From: Octopus sinensis
Lineage: Eukaryota
NCBI RefSeq assembly: GCF_006345805.1
Contig: NC_043022.1
Location: 24,738,001-24,802,000 of the forward strand
Length of the DNA stretch: 64,000 nt
Direction of reading: 5' to 3'
Position 1 is the first letter of the stretch, and each line of letters starts with the position of its first letter. The notes under the pieces are model-generated. The model was not told the DNA's origin and ran no database searches. It saw only the letters and a list, made by a program, of their open reading frames with translations. The position numbers were made by a program, and so were the translations under genes. This document shows, one piece after another, positions 12,466-26,202 of this stretch.

Positions 12466-12644
12466 CAGTGGTTTTCAACCAGGGTTCCGCAAGAAGTTAC
12501 AAAACTGCTAAAATCGACAGTAATTTTTAATTCTCCTGTGCAGATATCTGTGCATAAGACAATTAAATTATTGCACAGGGGTTCCTCGAGCCAGTGGAAT
12601 GTTTCCTTGGGGTTCCGCTTCAGCAAAAAGTTTGAAAAGCACTG
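12466..12644. mobile_element. hAT-type MITE, 179 bp
   Basis: TIRs CAGTGGTTTTCAACC / GTTTGAAAAGCACTG, with 8-bp TSD ATATATAC at 12458-65 and 12645-52. Confidence 0.85.
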
Positions 12645-13249
12645 ATATATACATATAGGCATGTATATATACATATATATACAAATGCATGTATATATAC
12701 ATAAAGGCATACACATGCATATGCCTGTGGATAAACTGCACATAAAACAAGATTTTCGATGTAGATGGAAAGGTTCTTGTCTATTCTTCCATCTTTCAGT
12801 CAATAAATAAATATTCAGTCTCTCTCTTAGATCATAAGCAACATTTATAAAGATTGTCTGTAGGTTTGTACACAGAGTAAAAATATGTCCAAGGCAAGTT
12901 GTTGCATTTATTCTTAAAAGCAGTAAATAAAGCAGGGATGATGATGATGATGAATGATGATGATAATACAGGTTGCTAGAGGGGAAAATTTTAGGGCTAG
13001 AAATGGTGTAGAAAGGGCCAGGTAGATAGATAGGGTGAGTGACAGATGTGAACATAAACAATTATGGAATGGAATGTGGACAAATGTAAACATGAAGAGA
13101 CAAAAGGTGATATAGATAGTAAGATTGACAGATAGGGAGACAGTTAAGAAAGACAGGTAGAAATATGTGCCACTATTTCCTATTTATAACTCTACCTTTA
13201 TGGTGCTTTATTTTGCTGGAAAATAGTACTATTGTATTGTAATAGTATC

Positions 13250-13404
13250 TATAATTTATATATATATATATACAGACATATAAATATATATATACCACAC
13301 ACACACACACACACACACTCACACATATATATATATATATACACACACACACATGTATATACATAGACATATATATACACACACAGAAACATGTATATAC
13401 AGAC

Positions 13405-13437
<33 letters not shown>

Positions 13438-15059
13438 TATATACATAGACATATATACACACACACAAACATGTATATACATAGACATATATAATACACA
13501 CACACACACATATTATATATATATATATATATTATATACACATCCATACATACATGTATAAATAAATCCAAAAGTAACATAAATATACATTTGTACATAC
13601 ACAACTAGATAGAAACCGACATAGGTAGGCTGAGAGACAGGGAAACATCATCATTATTATCATTATTACACACACACACAATAAATGTGGGATCTAGAAC
13701 ACAATATTTCATAATTACAATGATGATGACTTTGTTACAGATGACAAAAACTGGTAATGATTTTGATGGTGATGGATAATGGACTATTTTCGAAGACGAA
13801 GATGATTAAAATGATAAGCAGTCGGTAATTCCAATGTTGATGTAATAATATAATAATAATAATTTTGATGCTGTTGTTGGCAATGATGTTGAATGCAAAC
13901 CACAGAGCTGGTATGATGGCTACTGCTTTATCGACTGACAAAAGAGGCTGGCTAGAATTAGCATAGACAGTGAAATGGATTCAGAGCTCAGCATCGCTTT
14001 TGTCCTACTTTATTCAACACCCTGATGAACGTCCACTTACACTAAAGAAACATTTACACTGTACACGGAGATACACACACGTACACGTATACTTATAACA
14101 TTGATCATTATATATATATATATATTATATATGTCTGTGTATATATATATGTTGTGTGTGTGTGTGTTATATATGTCTATGTATATACATCTTTGTGTGT
14201 GTGTGTATATATATATGTCTGTATATACATGTTTTGTGTATGTGTGTATATATGTCTATGTATATACGTGTGTGTATATATATATGTCTATGTATATACA
14301 TGTTTGTGTGTGTGTAATATATGTCTATGTATATACATGTGTGTATATATATATGTCATGTGTATATATATGTTTGTATGTATGTATTATATATATGTTT
14401 GTATGGTATATTTATATATATATGTTTGTATGTATGTTAATATATATATATATAATATGTTTGTATGTATGATATTATATATATATATATATATATAATA
14501 TGGTATATATATATATAATAGATATATTTATATTGTGTATATATATATATATATAATATATTTATATGTCTGTATATATATATATATGATCAATGTTATA
14601 AGTATACGTGTGTTGTCTGTATGTTTTGGTGTGGGTGTTGTCTACATTCTGTCAGCTGCGGTATCTGTACTTATGTAATACGATTGTTTTACCAAGTAGA
14701 TGTTTATTATGTGGTATGTGTGTGTGTGTGTGTGTTATATATGTCTATGTATATACATCTTTGTGTGTGTGTGTATATATATATGTCTGTATATACATGT
14801 TTTGGTGTGTGTATATATGTCTATGTATATACGTGTGTGTATATATATATGTCTATGTATATACATGTTTGTGTGTGTATATATATGTCTATGTATATAC
14901 ATGTGTGTATATATATATGTCATGTGTATATATATATGTTTGTATGTATGTTATATATATATGTTTGTATGTATATATATATATATATATGTTTGTATGT
15001 ATGTATATATATATATATATATATGTTTGTATGTATGTATATATATATAAATATATATA

Positions 15060-15092
<33 letters not shown>

Positions 15093-15093
15093 T

Positions 15094-15126
<33 letters not shown>

Positions 15127-15300
15127 TTATATGTCTGTATATATATATATATGATCAATGTTATAAGTATACGTGTGTGTGTCTGTATGTTTTGGTGTGT
15201 GTTGTCTACATTCTGCAGCTGCGTGTATCTGTACTTATGTAATACGATGTGTTTACAAGTAGATGTTTATATATGTGTATGGTGTGTGTGTGTGTGTGTA
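13250..15300. repeat. TA/TG compound minisatellite in inverted and tandem arrangement
   Basis: The unit atatatgtctatgtatatacatgtttgtgtgtg is reversed at 13320-13520 and forward from 14110. A block of about 565 bp is duplicated. Confidence 0.75.
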
Positions 15301-16600
15301 ATAATCACACATATTCGACCATTTATATATGAATACCTGTGTGTATATAAGTAGATGTACTGTTCTTTTAATCCCTGTATGACTACATGTGTGTGTGCGT
15401 GTATATATATATAATATATATATATCACAAGAATTCAAATGTACAATGTATAATGATACTTGTATATACATATATGTGTCTATGCAACACACACACACAC
15501 ATTGAAATATGGTACACACACAGAATTCAGCATTCATATGCTTATATACACGCATATGCATACACAAACACACACATACAATATATATTATATGTATATA
15601 TACATATATACACAATATATATATATACACACACACAATATATATGTATGTATATATATATATATATACACACAATATATATATGTATATACATATATAT
15701 ATGTATGCACATACACACATATAAACACACTATATATAAACAAATACACACACAATATATATGTATGCGTATGTGCGTATATATACACACACAAACATAC
15801 AAATATATATATATTCTTAGCCTACGTGTTTCCAAATTTGTGTATACACCCATACATAAACACAAAGAAACAAGATTAATCTTGTTAGAGTCACTGTTGT
15901 GTGTGTGTGAGAGACTGAACCATACTAGATAAGTCTTCTTACTTTGCCTTAGTATTATATGAAGATATAACAATGTGTATGAGCATAATATATATATATA
16001 TATATAATATATATATTATATATAATATATAATATATATATATGGAAAACCACACATGCACATAAGTGTTATTTTAAGAGTATTCACAAACACTGACGTA
16101 AGTGCGTGCGTACAATGATGCATATATATTTATATATATTATATTCTATATAATATATATATATATATATATTTATTTTCTGTAGTTCTAAACAACAGAA
16201 AAGGCCTTTTCCCTTCAGCTGCAGCAAAGTGATAAGATCTCTTTGTGATGACGGTTTTATGTTGATGATGACAATGGTGGGTGTTGATACTACTGCACTT
16301 GCCACTGTTGTTGCCAGCAAACAAGGTGGATGTGGAGGACCGCAGCACTCCCGAGACACACACAACAAACAGACACACACAACAAACAGACACACACAAC
16401 AAACACACACACACGTATAAGTGAGATGTGTGTGTAACAGCAAAAGCACGGATGTGAAACTCATACAAGTGCCATGTCCCAGCAGGATGCTGACATTATA
16501 ACACAAGTCATATATATACACATGTTTATATACGTGTGTGTGTGTGCCTGTGTGTATTCACATGCATGTCTCTTAAACGCGCATATAATGTGTGTATATA

Positions 16601-16633
<33 letters not shown>

Positions 16634-16799
16634 CACCATACATATACATCTATAAGTATACATGAATACAAATATGTCTATGCATACATAATGTATATAT
16701 GTCCGTGTTATATATATATTATATATATATTATAATTTTATCTAGTTTCAGCTCACGAGCTGAGGCCATGCTGGGGCACCGCCATTCAAAGTAACATGC

Positions 16800-16871
16800 C
16801 TCCCCGGCGGGGAATCGAACTCCGGTCTCCCGCGTGACAGGCGGGGACACTTACCACTATACTACCGATAT
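16800..16871 (-). tRNA. tRNA-Asp(GTC)-derived sequence, probably a pseudogene, fused to a SINE/LINE-type 3' tail
   Basis: Minus strand reads ATATCGGTAGTATAGTGGTAAGTGTCCCCGCCTGTCACGCGGGAGACCGGAGTTCGATTCCCCGCCGGGGAG. The first 3 nt (normally TCC) are replaced and there is an A.C mismatch in the T stem. Confidence 0.8.
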
Positions 16872-18149
16872 ACATATACATATGTATGTATGTGTGTGTG
16901 TATACACACACACACACACAGAAAGACAGATGTAGACAGACGGAAAGTGCTTCATATTTTCAAACCGTGAAACAAAAACGGGGTGGGGAAAAATAGGACA
17001 GTATAAGTGAAACATACAATACAGAGTGTTTATATATTTTATATACATCAATTACAGAAAAGCTTGTATGTACATACAGGTCATACATACACACACACGA
17101 GACTGCAAGTATTCTGTAAGAGACAGGGCGAGAAGGGAAAAGCTAAGTAGGCCAAAAAATATACCAGACATATGTATACAGGCATAGTATACGTGTGGGT
17201 ATATAATTAAATATTATGCTTACGTCTATATATTTGTATATACACATGCACAACGTAAACATTATATATACACGCATATATTTAAACATATATATGCACA
17301 TACCTCTATACACGTCTATATACACATTTATATAATTAACTAACCAACTAACATATACACGCATATACGTACATATATACACACGCACATACATACAAAT
17401 ATATACCCACTCGTACATACACATACATAAATATACATGCATACACAGATAAATATTCACACACATTTATATACATGCATATAAGTACATATATATACAC
17501 ACACACATACATACACATATATACCCACTCGTACATACGCATACACACAGATAAATATTCATACACAAAGAGATAAAGACAGACACATTTATATACACGC
17601 ATATAAGTACATATATACACATATATACCCACTCATAAATATACATGCATATAAAGATAAATACACATTTATATACACGCATATAAGTACATATATACGC
17701 GCGCACATACATACACATATATAGCCACTCGTATATACACATACATAAATATACATGCATACACACAGAGATAAATACACAGACACACACAGATAAATAT
17801 ATACGCACAGACGGATATGCTCGCGCACACGAACGTTTATATAATTCATAAACACAGAGAAATATATACGAGCATATATTTATATATATATTCACAAAAG
17901 TACACATCAACACACACACGTACGTGTGTGAGTGTGTATGGCAAACAGAAAATAAAAGGACATGAGGATGGGTTTGGGAGAGAGAGACTAACTGAATGGC
18001 AAGAGTGAACATTCATTTACAAAGCACGAACTAGCTATTATGTGTAGACGATGTCTGTAGGCATGAGTATAGATTATTCTTTATACGTCTATATATAAAC
18101 ACAGCTAACAACATGTACATAATGTATATGTGCGTATCTGTGTGTGTGT

Positions 18150-18182
18150 ATATATATATATACACACACACATTTAGGTATA

Positions 18183-18215
<33 letters not shown>

Positions 18216-18465
18216 TACACATTTAGGTATATATCTATATATATATATATATATACTATATATATATGATATACACATATATATATACACATACATTAGG
18301 TATAAATATATATATATATATACATACACACACATTTAGGTATAAATATATATATATATGCACACACACACATTTAGGTATAAATATATATATATATATG
18401 CATTTACATACATTTAGGTATAAAAATATATATATATATATACACACACACACATTTAGGTATAA

Positions 18466-18496
<31 letters not shown>

Positions 18497-18570
18497 TTTA
18501 GGTATAATAAATTATATATATATATATATACACACATACACACACACAACACATTTAGGTATAATATATA
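18150..18570 (+). repeat. Minisatellite with CATTTAGGTATA core
   Basis: About 11 units of roughly 35-45 bp separated by variable (TA)n(CA)n. Confidence 0.85.
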
Positions 18571-18968
18571 TATATATATATATATATTCTATATATATAT
18601 ATATATAATATATATATAATATATTATATATATATATGTGTGTGTGTGTATGTATGTGTGTATAGTCACACATTTCTGTATAAATATACATCTATACACA
18701 CACACACAAACATGTATATACGGATATTTACGAATATATACACGTATATTACATACACACAGGTTTATGCACATAGCTATATTAGCACATGCATTAATAT
18801 ATGCATAAAATTACGCGTGCGCGTGGTATGTGTGTGTGTTTGGTAATGTCAATACACGAAACTCCCGGACCCTGAGTCACTAAAACTTCTGCCCATTATT
18901 AATAAAAACTTATATATATATATATATATATAATTTTCCTGTTTGCACCACAAACCTCTATATGACGG

Positions 18969-19138
18969 TACGTTCTGAGTTCAATTTCCGCCGAGGTCGA
19001 CTTTGCCTTTCATCCTTTCGGGGTCGATAAATTAAGTACCAGTTACGCACTGGGGATCGACGTAATCGACTTAATTCCTATGCCTATCCTTGTTTGTCCC
19101 CTCTATGTTTAGCCCCTTGTGGGTAATAAAGAAATAGG
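18969..19138 (+). mobile_element. SINE-B, 5'-truncated
   Basis: Homology to 8491-8717. Confidence 0.8.
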
Positions 19139-20699
19139 GTATATATGTGTACATAGGCAATCACACATAAATTTTATGTATGTACGTGAAAGCGCATATT
19201 TACAAATTTATGTTTATATAGCATACATATATATGTGTGTGTGTATGTGTATAAGTACTTATAACTACATGGTTTACATATGCATATTCACATCTATACA
19301 TGCATATATTTCAATTTAGTGTAGCCGTTCTTTGACAAAGCCAACAAAAGCCCATCTGTGTATACGGGATATATATACACCAGACACTATACCATACAAC
19401 AAATATTCAACACTTAAGTTACTGCTTAAAGAGTTATACTTATATAGAAGCAAACAGATGAAATCGCAATAATTGCATATACACATAATATATATATATA
19501 TATATATATACGATGTAAACACACACACACTTATACACGTGCATGCATGGCTGTGTGGTTAGGAAGACCGCTTTGCAACCACGTGGTTTTGGGTTCAGTC
19601 CCACTGCACGGAAACTCCCAATAACTTGGGAGTGAATTTGGTTAAAAGAAACGTGTATGCGCGCGTGTGTATGTATATATATATACATATATATATATAT
19701 ACATACATATACATATATATACACATATACATATATATACATATACATATATATACACATATACATATATATACATATACATATATATATACACATATAC
19801 ATATATATACACATATACATATATATACATATACATATATATACATATACATATATATACATGATAACATATATTACATACATATATATAGCTATATATA
19901 TACATAATATATAAATACATATATAATACATACATATATACACATTATACATATATACATACATATATACACATATACATACATATATATATATATACAT
20001 ATACACATATACATACATATATACACATATACATACATATATATATATATACATATACACATATACATACATATATATATATATACATATACATACATAT
20101 ATATATACACATATACATACATATATATACATATATATATATATATACACACATAATTAAATTAGGTAGCTGTTTAGCAATGTATCACCAAAAAAAGGAA
20201 AACTATAATTATCATTAAATATGACACTCACAAGGCTTTGGTAGGACCGAGGTTGAAGTAGAAGACACTTACCCAAGGTGCCATGCAGTGGGTCTGAACC
20301 CAGAACCATATGTGGTCAGTAAGCAAGCTACTTTCCACACAGCCACTCCTGCACCTATGCGTTTGTCTCCTACCACTGTTTGACAACCAGTGTTGGTGTG
20401 TTTATGTCCCCATATATATCCATCTTTTTATATCTTTTACTTTAAGTCTGGTACTTAATTTATCAGTCCCTTTGCTGAACTGCTAGGTTATAGGGACATA
20501 AACACACCGACACTGGCTGTCAAGCAGTGGTAGGAGACAAAAACAAACACACATAGTTTTTTAAATCCTGTATATATGTTGTATCGAAACATGTGTAGTG
20601 GTCATTAAACGGCGGTCAAATTGTACTCCCTCTTCCTTTTGACTGTTTATTCTTTCCCTTTATTATATATATATATATATATATATATAGATATATAGA

Positions 20700-20935
20700 T
20701 ATGTTTCGACCAAAGATTGGTCCAGGCCATGTCTAACTTAATAGCACCACCTGATAGGATTATCTAAATCCTGTTTAAGTCAAGTTTTGTTTATGGTCCA
20801 TTCAAGTAGTGAGTTTTTGTTGAGTGAGTTGTATCCAATTATGGGTGGCTTATCTGGTATTCCTTGAAGGAATCTATCCAGACTCCATTTAAAGTTGACG
20901 GGATCCTTTTCCTCTTTGATATGATGGGCTTCTTT
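20700..20935 (-). mobile_element. CR1/Jockey-group LINE extreme 3' end (clade uncertain)
   Basis: PVNFKWSLDRFLQGIPDKPPIIGYNSLNKNSLLEW..*, then a short 3' UTR ending ggtggtgc..catggcctgGACC-aatcttt-GGTCgaaac. Confidence 0.6.
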
Positions 20936-21109
20936 CAGTTTCCATGTACCAAATCCACTCACAAGGCTTTGGACAACTTGAGGCTATAGTAGAAGACGCT
21001 TGCCAAGGTGCTACCTGAAACAGAAGTCCAAAGCTATCATAGGAGACACTTGCCCAAGGTGTCACATAAACATCTTTTTTCAACCATATAACAGATGTTC
21101 TTATAAATA

Positions 21110-21300
21110 GCTTGTCGCAATAAACTTCCATTCTTCCCTAGATTCGTGCCCTTCTTTTGCTATATCATCTTCCCATTGCTTTCCCAGGTTTTTCTGAATT
21201 GTCTCTTCCAAAATATTGAATACCACACAACAACTGCAAGGATCCATCACTTGCCTGAGCTTTGTTGGTTCAGAAGAATTTGTGGCTTTTGGTATTTGCC
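21110..21300 (-). mobile_element. Degenerate RTE-type ORF2 C-terminal fragment
   Basis: Frameshifted WILAVVVWY...KR / QWEDDIAKEG..SREEWK resembles an RTE C-terminus. Confidence 0.35.
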
Positions 21301-21364
21301 AATCATATCGAGCACTCCACTCCATACGCATATTGCCTCATTTTTGGACAAATATATGCATACT

Positions 21365-21630
21365 CTCTCTTTATCCGCACAGTCGAAGTCGACTCTCGGT
21401 CACTCGTTGGATCAGTGTCCTCCAGTCAGTTCTATCCTGGGCCGCTTCCTTCAGACTGACCATGTCCATTCAGGTATCACTCCTGATGGTGTCAAGCCAG
21501 TGGGTTCTTGGTCGGCCTCTTCCTCTCTTGCCACTGACCATTCTGAGTATGATGTCCTTCTCCAGGGATTCTCTCCGCATAATATGACTGAAATATGCCA
21601 ATCTACGCTTGGTGATCCCAGCTTCTAGCG
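21365..21630 (-). mobile_element. BovB-like RTE LINE 3' fragment
   Basis: LEAGITKRRLAYFSHIMRRESLEKDIILRMVSGKRGRGRPRTHWLDTI...LKEAAQDRTDWRTLIQRVTESRLRL. Confidence 0.8.
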
Positions 21631-22389
21631 ACACATATCTATAAATGGCTGGCAGAAAAATAAGCTAGTCTAAATAACCCCAAGTGACCAGTGGCACATA
21701 CAAGATAAATCTCTGAGCCCTGTGCTGCTACCATGTAAAAAGCCCCTGCACCAGTGATATGTAACAGCACCCATGCTGACGCCATGTAAAAGTACCCGTG
21801 CCACTCAGAAAGTACGCAGCACACTCGGTAAAGTGGTTGACATTAGGAAGGTCATCCAGCTGTAGAAACCAAACCAAATCAGACTGGAACCTGGTGCAGC
21901 TCTCCTGCTTGCTGATGATTTATGCTTCCAGAGAAAACATAGCAGTCTTTTGGTGGCAACTGGAAACTACACCGAATAAAGAAATGTAATCTCAGGAATT
22001 AAAACTGATATGCCATAAGGGAAAAAGAAAGCCTAATTGTCTGGAGACAAGAAGACAACTGTGGGCATTTTCATCTGTACAGCAGTTCTCCTACTTCAGT
22101 TGATGAGACACTTGAGACGTACAAAAATGAGGACAGCACATATGACCTACCTAATTTGCATAATGAAATGCAAAAGAGCTAACCGAAATCAACTAGTGGC
22201 CAGTGGAGCACATTTCAAAATGTATGTATTACATATATGCATATACACACATATATATAGACACAGAATGATGACCACATTGCATATGTTTAGATCCAAA
22301 GATAATTATATATGTATATTACATATCTATACAAATACATATGTATCACATATACATTATATACCACACACACACATATAATTTATATC

Positions 22390-22433
<44 letters not shown>

Positions 22434-22440
22434 TAATATA

Positions 22441-22663
22441 AATGCGCCCTTTTAAAGCCTAGCCAGGTTCACGGGCCCGGTTTCTCTGGCTATGTGTTCC
22501 CCAGTCCATCACAGCGTTACTTATTTTTGCCAGCTGAGTGGACTGGAGCAACGTGAAATGAAGTGTTTTGCTCAAGAACATAACGCGTCACCTGGTCCAG
22601 GGATGGAAACCACAATCTTACGACCGTGGTGCTGACACCCTAACCACTAAACCATGTGCCTCC
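22441..22663 (-). mobile_element. tRNA-headed SINE with CORE-like segment (family E)
   Basis: tgttcttgagcaaaacacttcatttcacgttgctccag, shared with 38817-38976 and 51440-51700. Confidence 0.65.
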
Positions 22664-22730
22664 ACATATATATACTCTCACATTATTTACTGACCATATA
22701 TATTATTATGTATTATATATATATATATAG

Positions 22731-22765
<35 letters not shown>

Positions 22766-23112
22766 ATATTCTGCGTGTGCATGTATCAGTAGATGCAAGC
22801 ATGGCAGTGTACTTAAGAATCTTGGTCATTTTGCTCCCAACCAAGTGGTTTCCGGTTCAGTTCCATTTTGCAGCATCTTGGGCAAGTCACTTCTGGCAAA
22901 GCCCCAAAATGACCAAGACCTTGTGATTGGATTTCGTAAATATAAAACGAAAGAATCTTGTCAGGTACATGTATGAATAATTTCTAAGATGGTTGTAAAC
23001 GAATGTCACACAAACAATGTCAGTTCCCTGCTTAGCCATAAGGAAATATTATCTTGGTTTATCTTCTTTCCAGCTACTCCCACACAGTCTCATATAATTC
23101 TGCTATAAGTAC

Positions 23113-23390
23113 CAGAGCAGTCGCTTCACTGGCACCTGTGTCGGTGGCACGTGTAAAAAGATTCGAGCGAGGTCATTGCCAGTACTGCCTGACTGGCCCC
23201 GTGCAGGTGGCATGTAAAAAGCACCCACTACACTCAGAGTGGTTGGCGTTAGGAAGGGCATCCAGCTGTAGAAACTCTGCCAGATCAAGACTGGAGCCTG
23301 GTGCAGCCAACTGGTTCGCCAGCCCTCAATCCAAACCGTCCAACCCATGCTAGCATGGAAAACAGACGTATGATGATGATGATGATGATG
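23113..23390 (+). mobile_element. RTE 3'-UTR-derived repeat (family C)
   Basis: gtggcaYgtaaaaagcacccactacactc...ggaagggcatccagctgtag...catggaaaacagacg (gat)n tail. Confidence 0.75.
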
Positions 23391-23888
23391 TACAAGGCCT
23401 GAAATATTTGGGAAGGGGGCTAGTCAATTTTATCCCCTGAAAGGATGAAAGGCAAAGTCAACCGTGACAGAATTTGAACTCAGAAATGTAAAACCAGAAG
23501 AAATACTCATTCCTATGATATAAAGTAAGCTACCTATTTCTTCTATAACAAGACACTTGTTCTTGTCCTTCAATCATATCTTAGTCTCTCAACATCTGAC
23601 ATAAAGCCACCCTGCTTCTACAACAACCATGCTCGGTTGAGAAGGCTTTTCTTTCTTTTGTCTTACAAGTTACATTCCAAACCCAATAGTGTCACATAAA
23701 AAGGGACGCAGTACAACCTGTGAAGTATTTGGCATTAGGAAGGACATCCAGTCAGTGAAACTACACCAAAGCAGACACTGGTGCTTCGTGTAGTCCTCTG
23801 GCTAGTTGGATTCTATCAAACAGCTTAACCTAAATCAGCATGAAGACAGATGTTAAGTGATGATGATGATATACATGTGTGTATCATC

Positions 23889-23940
23889 AGGATTCCTGGC
23901 TTTCACCCAGGCGGCCCGGGTTCGATTCCCGGCATGGGAA
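23889..23940 (+). pseudogene. 5'-truncated tRNA-Glu(TTC) fragment
   Basis: AGGATTCCTGGCTTTCACCCAGGCGGCCCGGGTTCGATTCCCGGCATGGGAA. Anticodon arm, T arm and 3' acceptor strand are intact, about 20 nt are missing at the 5' end, and there is no CCA. Confidence 0.8.
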
Positions 23941-24028
23941 CGGCATTTCTGTTTTAGAAATTAAAAGGTACAATTTATGTTTCTGAGAGAGATCGTTGCT
24001 TTCTGTAAAAAAATTTTGATTTTTATAA

Positions 24029-24260
24029 GGCAGCAAGCTGGCAGAAATGTTAGCACGCCGGGCAAAATGCATAGCCGTATTTCATCTGCCGCTACGTTCT
24101 GAGTTTGAATTCCGCCAAGGTCGACTTTGCTTTTCATCCTTTCGGGGTCGATAAATTAAGTACCAGTTACACACTGGGGTCTATGTAATTGACTTAATAC
24201 CTATGTCTGTCCTTGTTTGTTCCCTCTATGTTTAGCTCCTTGTGGGTAATAAAGAAATAG
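24029..24260 (+). mobile_element. SINE-B, full length
   Basis: Homology to 8491-8717. Confidence 0.85.
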
Positions 24261-24667
24261 ATATACATGTGTGTGCGTGTGTGCATGTATAATCATCATT
24301 AAAGTCCGCTTGCTTGCATGAGTCAGACAGAAATTGTTAGACAGATTTTCTATGGCCTGGAGCCTTTCCTGTTGCCAACTTACACCTGTTTCCCAACAAG
24401 GTAATACTTCCCCATGGTTAGAGATATTTTTCACAGAAGACTGTAAACAAACATCACTTGTATGGCCACGATGTACACACACACACACACATACACAATG
24501 TGCTTCTTTCAATTCCATCTACCAAGTCCATTTACAAGGCCAGGGGATTATTGCAAAAGATACTTGCCCAAGGTACTGTGCAGTAGAACTGAACCCCTAG
24601 ACCATATCACTGGAAAACAAGCCTTTTAACCACACAGCTACACCTGCACCCATTCATATATAAGTGT

Positions 24668-25040
24668 GTAGGTGCAGGCATGGCTGTGTGGTAAGAAGTT
24701 TGCTTCCTAACCATATGGTTCATGGTTCAATCCCACTGGTAGCACCTTGGCAAACATCTTCTACTATAGTTTTGGGCTGTCCAAAGTGAATTTGGTAGAT
24801 GGAAATTGAAAGAAGACCATTGTATATACATATGTATATGTATTTATGTGTCCTTGTGTATGAGTTTGTCCTCCACCACCGCTTAACACCTGGTGTTGGT
24901 CTGTTTACACCCCCATAACTTAGCAGTTCAGCAAAACAGAATGAAAGAATAAAAGTATTGGGATTGATATGTTCGAATAAAACGCATTGCAGAGCTCCAG
25001 CATGACCACAGTCTGATAACTGAATCAAGTAAAAAGATGG
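24668..25040 (+). mobile_element. SINE-A, diverged full length
   Basis: Head, internal microsatellite and tail are all recognisable. Confidence 0.7.
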
Positions 25041-25066
25041 AAGAAATAAGATATATATATATATAT

Positions 25067-25401
25067 GCCAGTGCTGCCTCGACTGGCTTCTGTGCCGGTG
25101 GCACGTAAAAAGCACCATCCGAACGTGGCCGATGCCAGTGCCGCCTTGACTAGCTTTCATGCTGGTGGCACGGTAAAAGCGACAACCGATCGTGGCCACA
25201 GCCAGACTCCCCTGGCACCTGTGGTGGTGGCACGTAAAAAGCACCCACTACACTCGCGGAGTGGTCGGCGTTAGGAAGGGCATCCAGCTGTAGAAACACT
25301 GCCAGATTAGACTGGAGCCTGGTGCAACCTCCTGGCTTCCCAGACCCGGGTCGAACCGTCCAATCCGTGCTAGCGCGGAAAACAGACGTTAAACGATGAT
25401 G

Positions 25402-25403
<2 letters not shown>
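25067..25403 (+). mobile_element. Family C copy
   Basis: Same body and tail, with upstream internal repeats. Confidence 0.75.
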
Positions 25404-25434
<31 letters not shown>

Positions 25435-25871
25435 CACAAGCATAAATGTGAATTATGTATATGTGAGTGGAGATTTGTGTGTTCTTGTCTTGACATCGCA
25501 AGACAGTTGTGAGTGAGTTAGTTTCACTATTACACAAGGAGTGTCGTCTATTTCCAGTATTCTGTGAAATCATGTCTGGCAGCAAAAAAATATTACCTTG
25601 CTTGGAAACAGGTGAGGGTCGGTGACATGAGGGACATTTGTCTACAGAAAAAATCTGCTGCATTAAACTCCATCCCATCCATACAAACATGGAAAAGTGG
25701 GTTTTGAAATGATAACATATGTACATATGTGCATAGATACACATATACACACACATGCACATCTCAAATTGATATAGATATGGCTGTGTTTAAGTTCACC
25801 TCCCAACTGTTTGGTTTTCTATTACATCCTGCTATGTGGTAACGCAAGTATTACAACTTTTACATATAACA

Positions 25872-25904
<33 letters not shown>

Positions 25905-26202
25905 CATACACACATATATACATTCAATTATCATCATCATTTTAACAGACACTCTTCCATGATTGCAATACATGCTAAACAACTCAATGAAACATATTCT
26001 ACAGGCGGATGCTCTTCCTCTCACCAACACTCAACTGTTCCTCAGCAAGGTAATATTTCTCTTTGTTCTTCAGTCACAAACAGCACAACTGCAACAAGCA
26101 ACAGTACCGAAATGACGGTTCCACTTGTGTTACAATTAGCCCAGGTTGTAAAGAGGAGGAGATGCAAATACAGATTTATACACACACACACATATATATA
26201 TA

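Noticed and set aside
14020-14065. CTGATGA...GAAAC
   Set aside because: No stem II, stem III or cleavage triplet geometry.
18150-18570. Constant CATTTAGGTATA core with variable spacers, CRISPR-like
   Set aside because: The spacers are only (TA)n(CA)n length variants, so this is a minisatellite.
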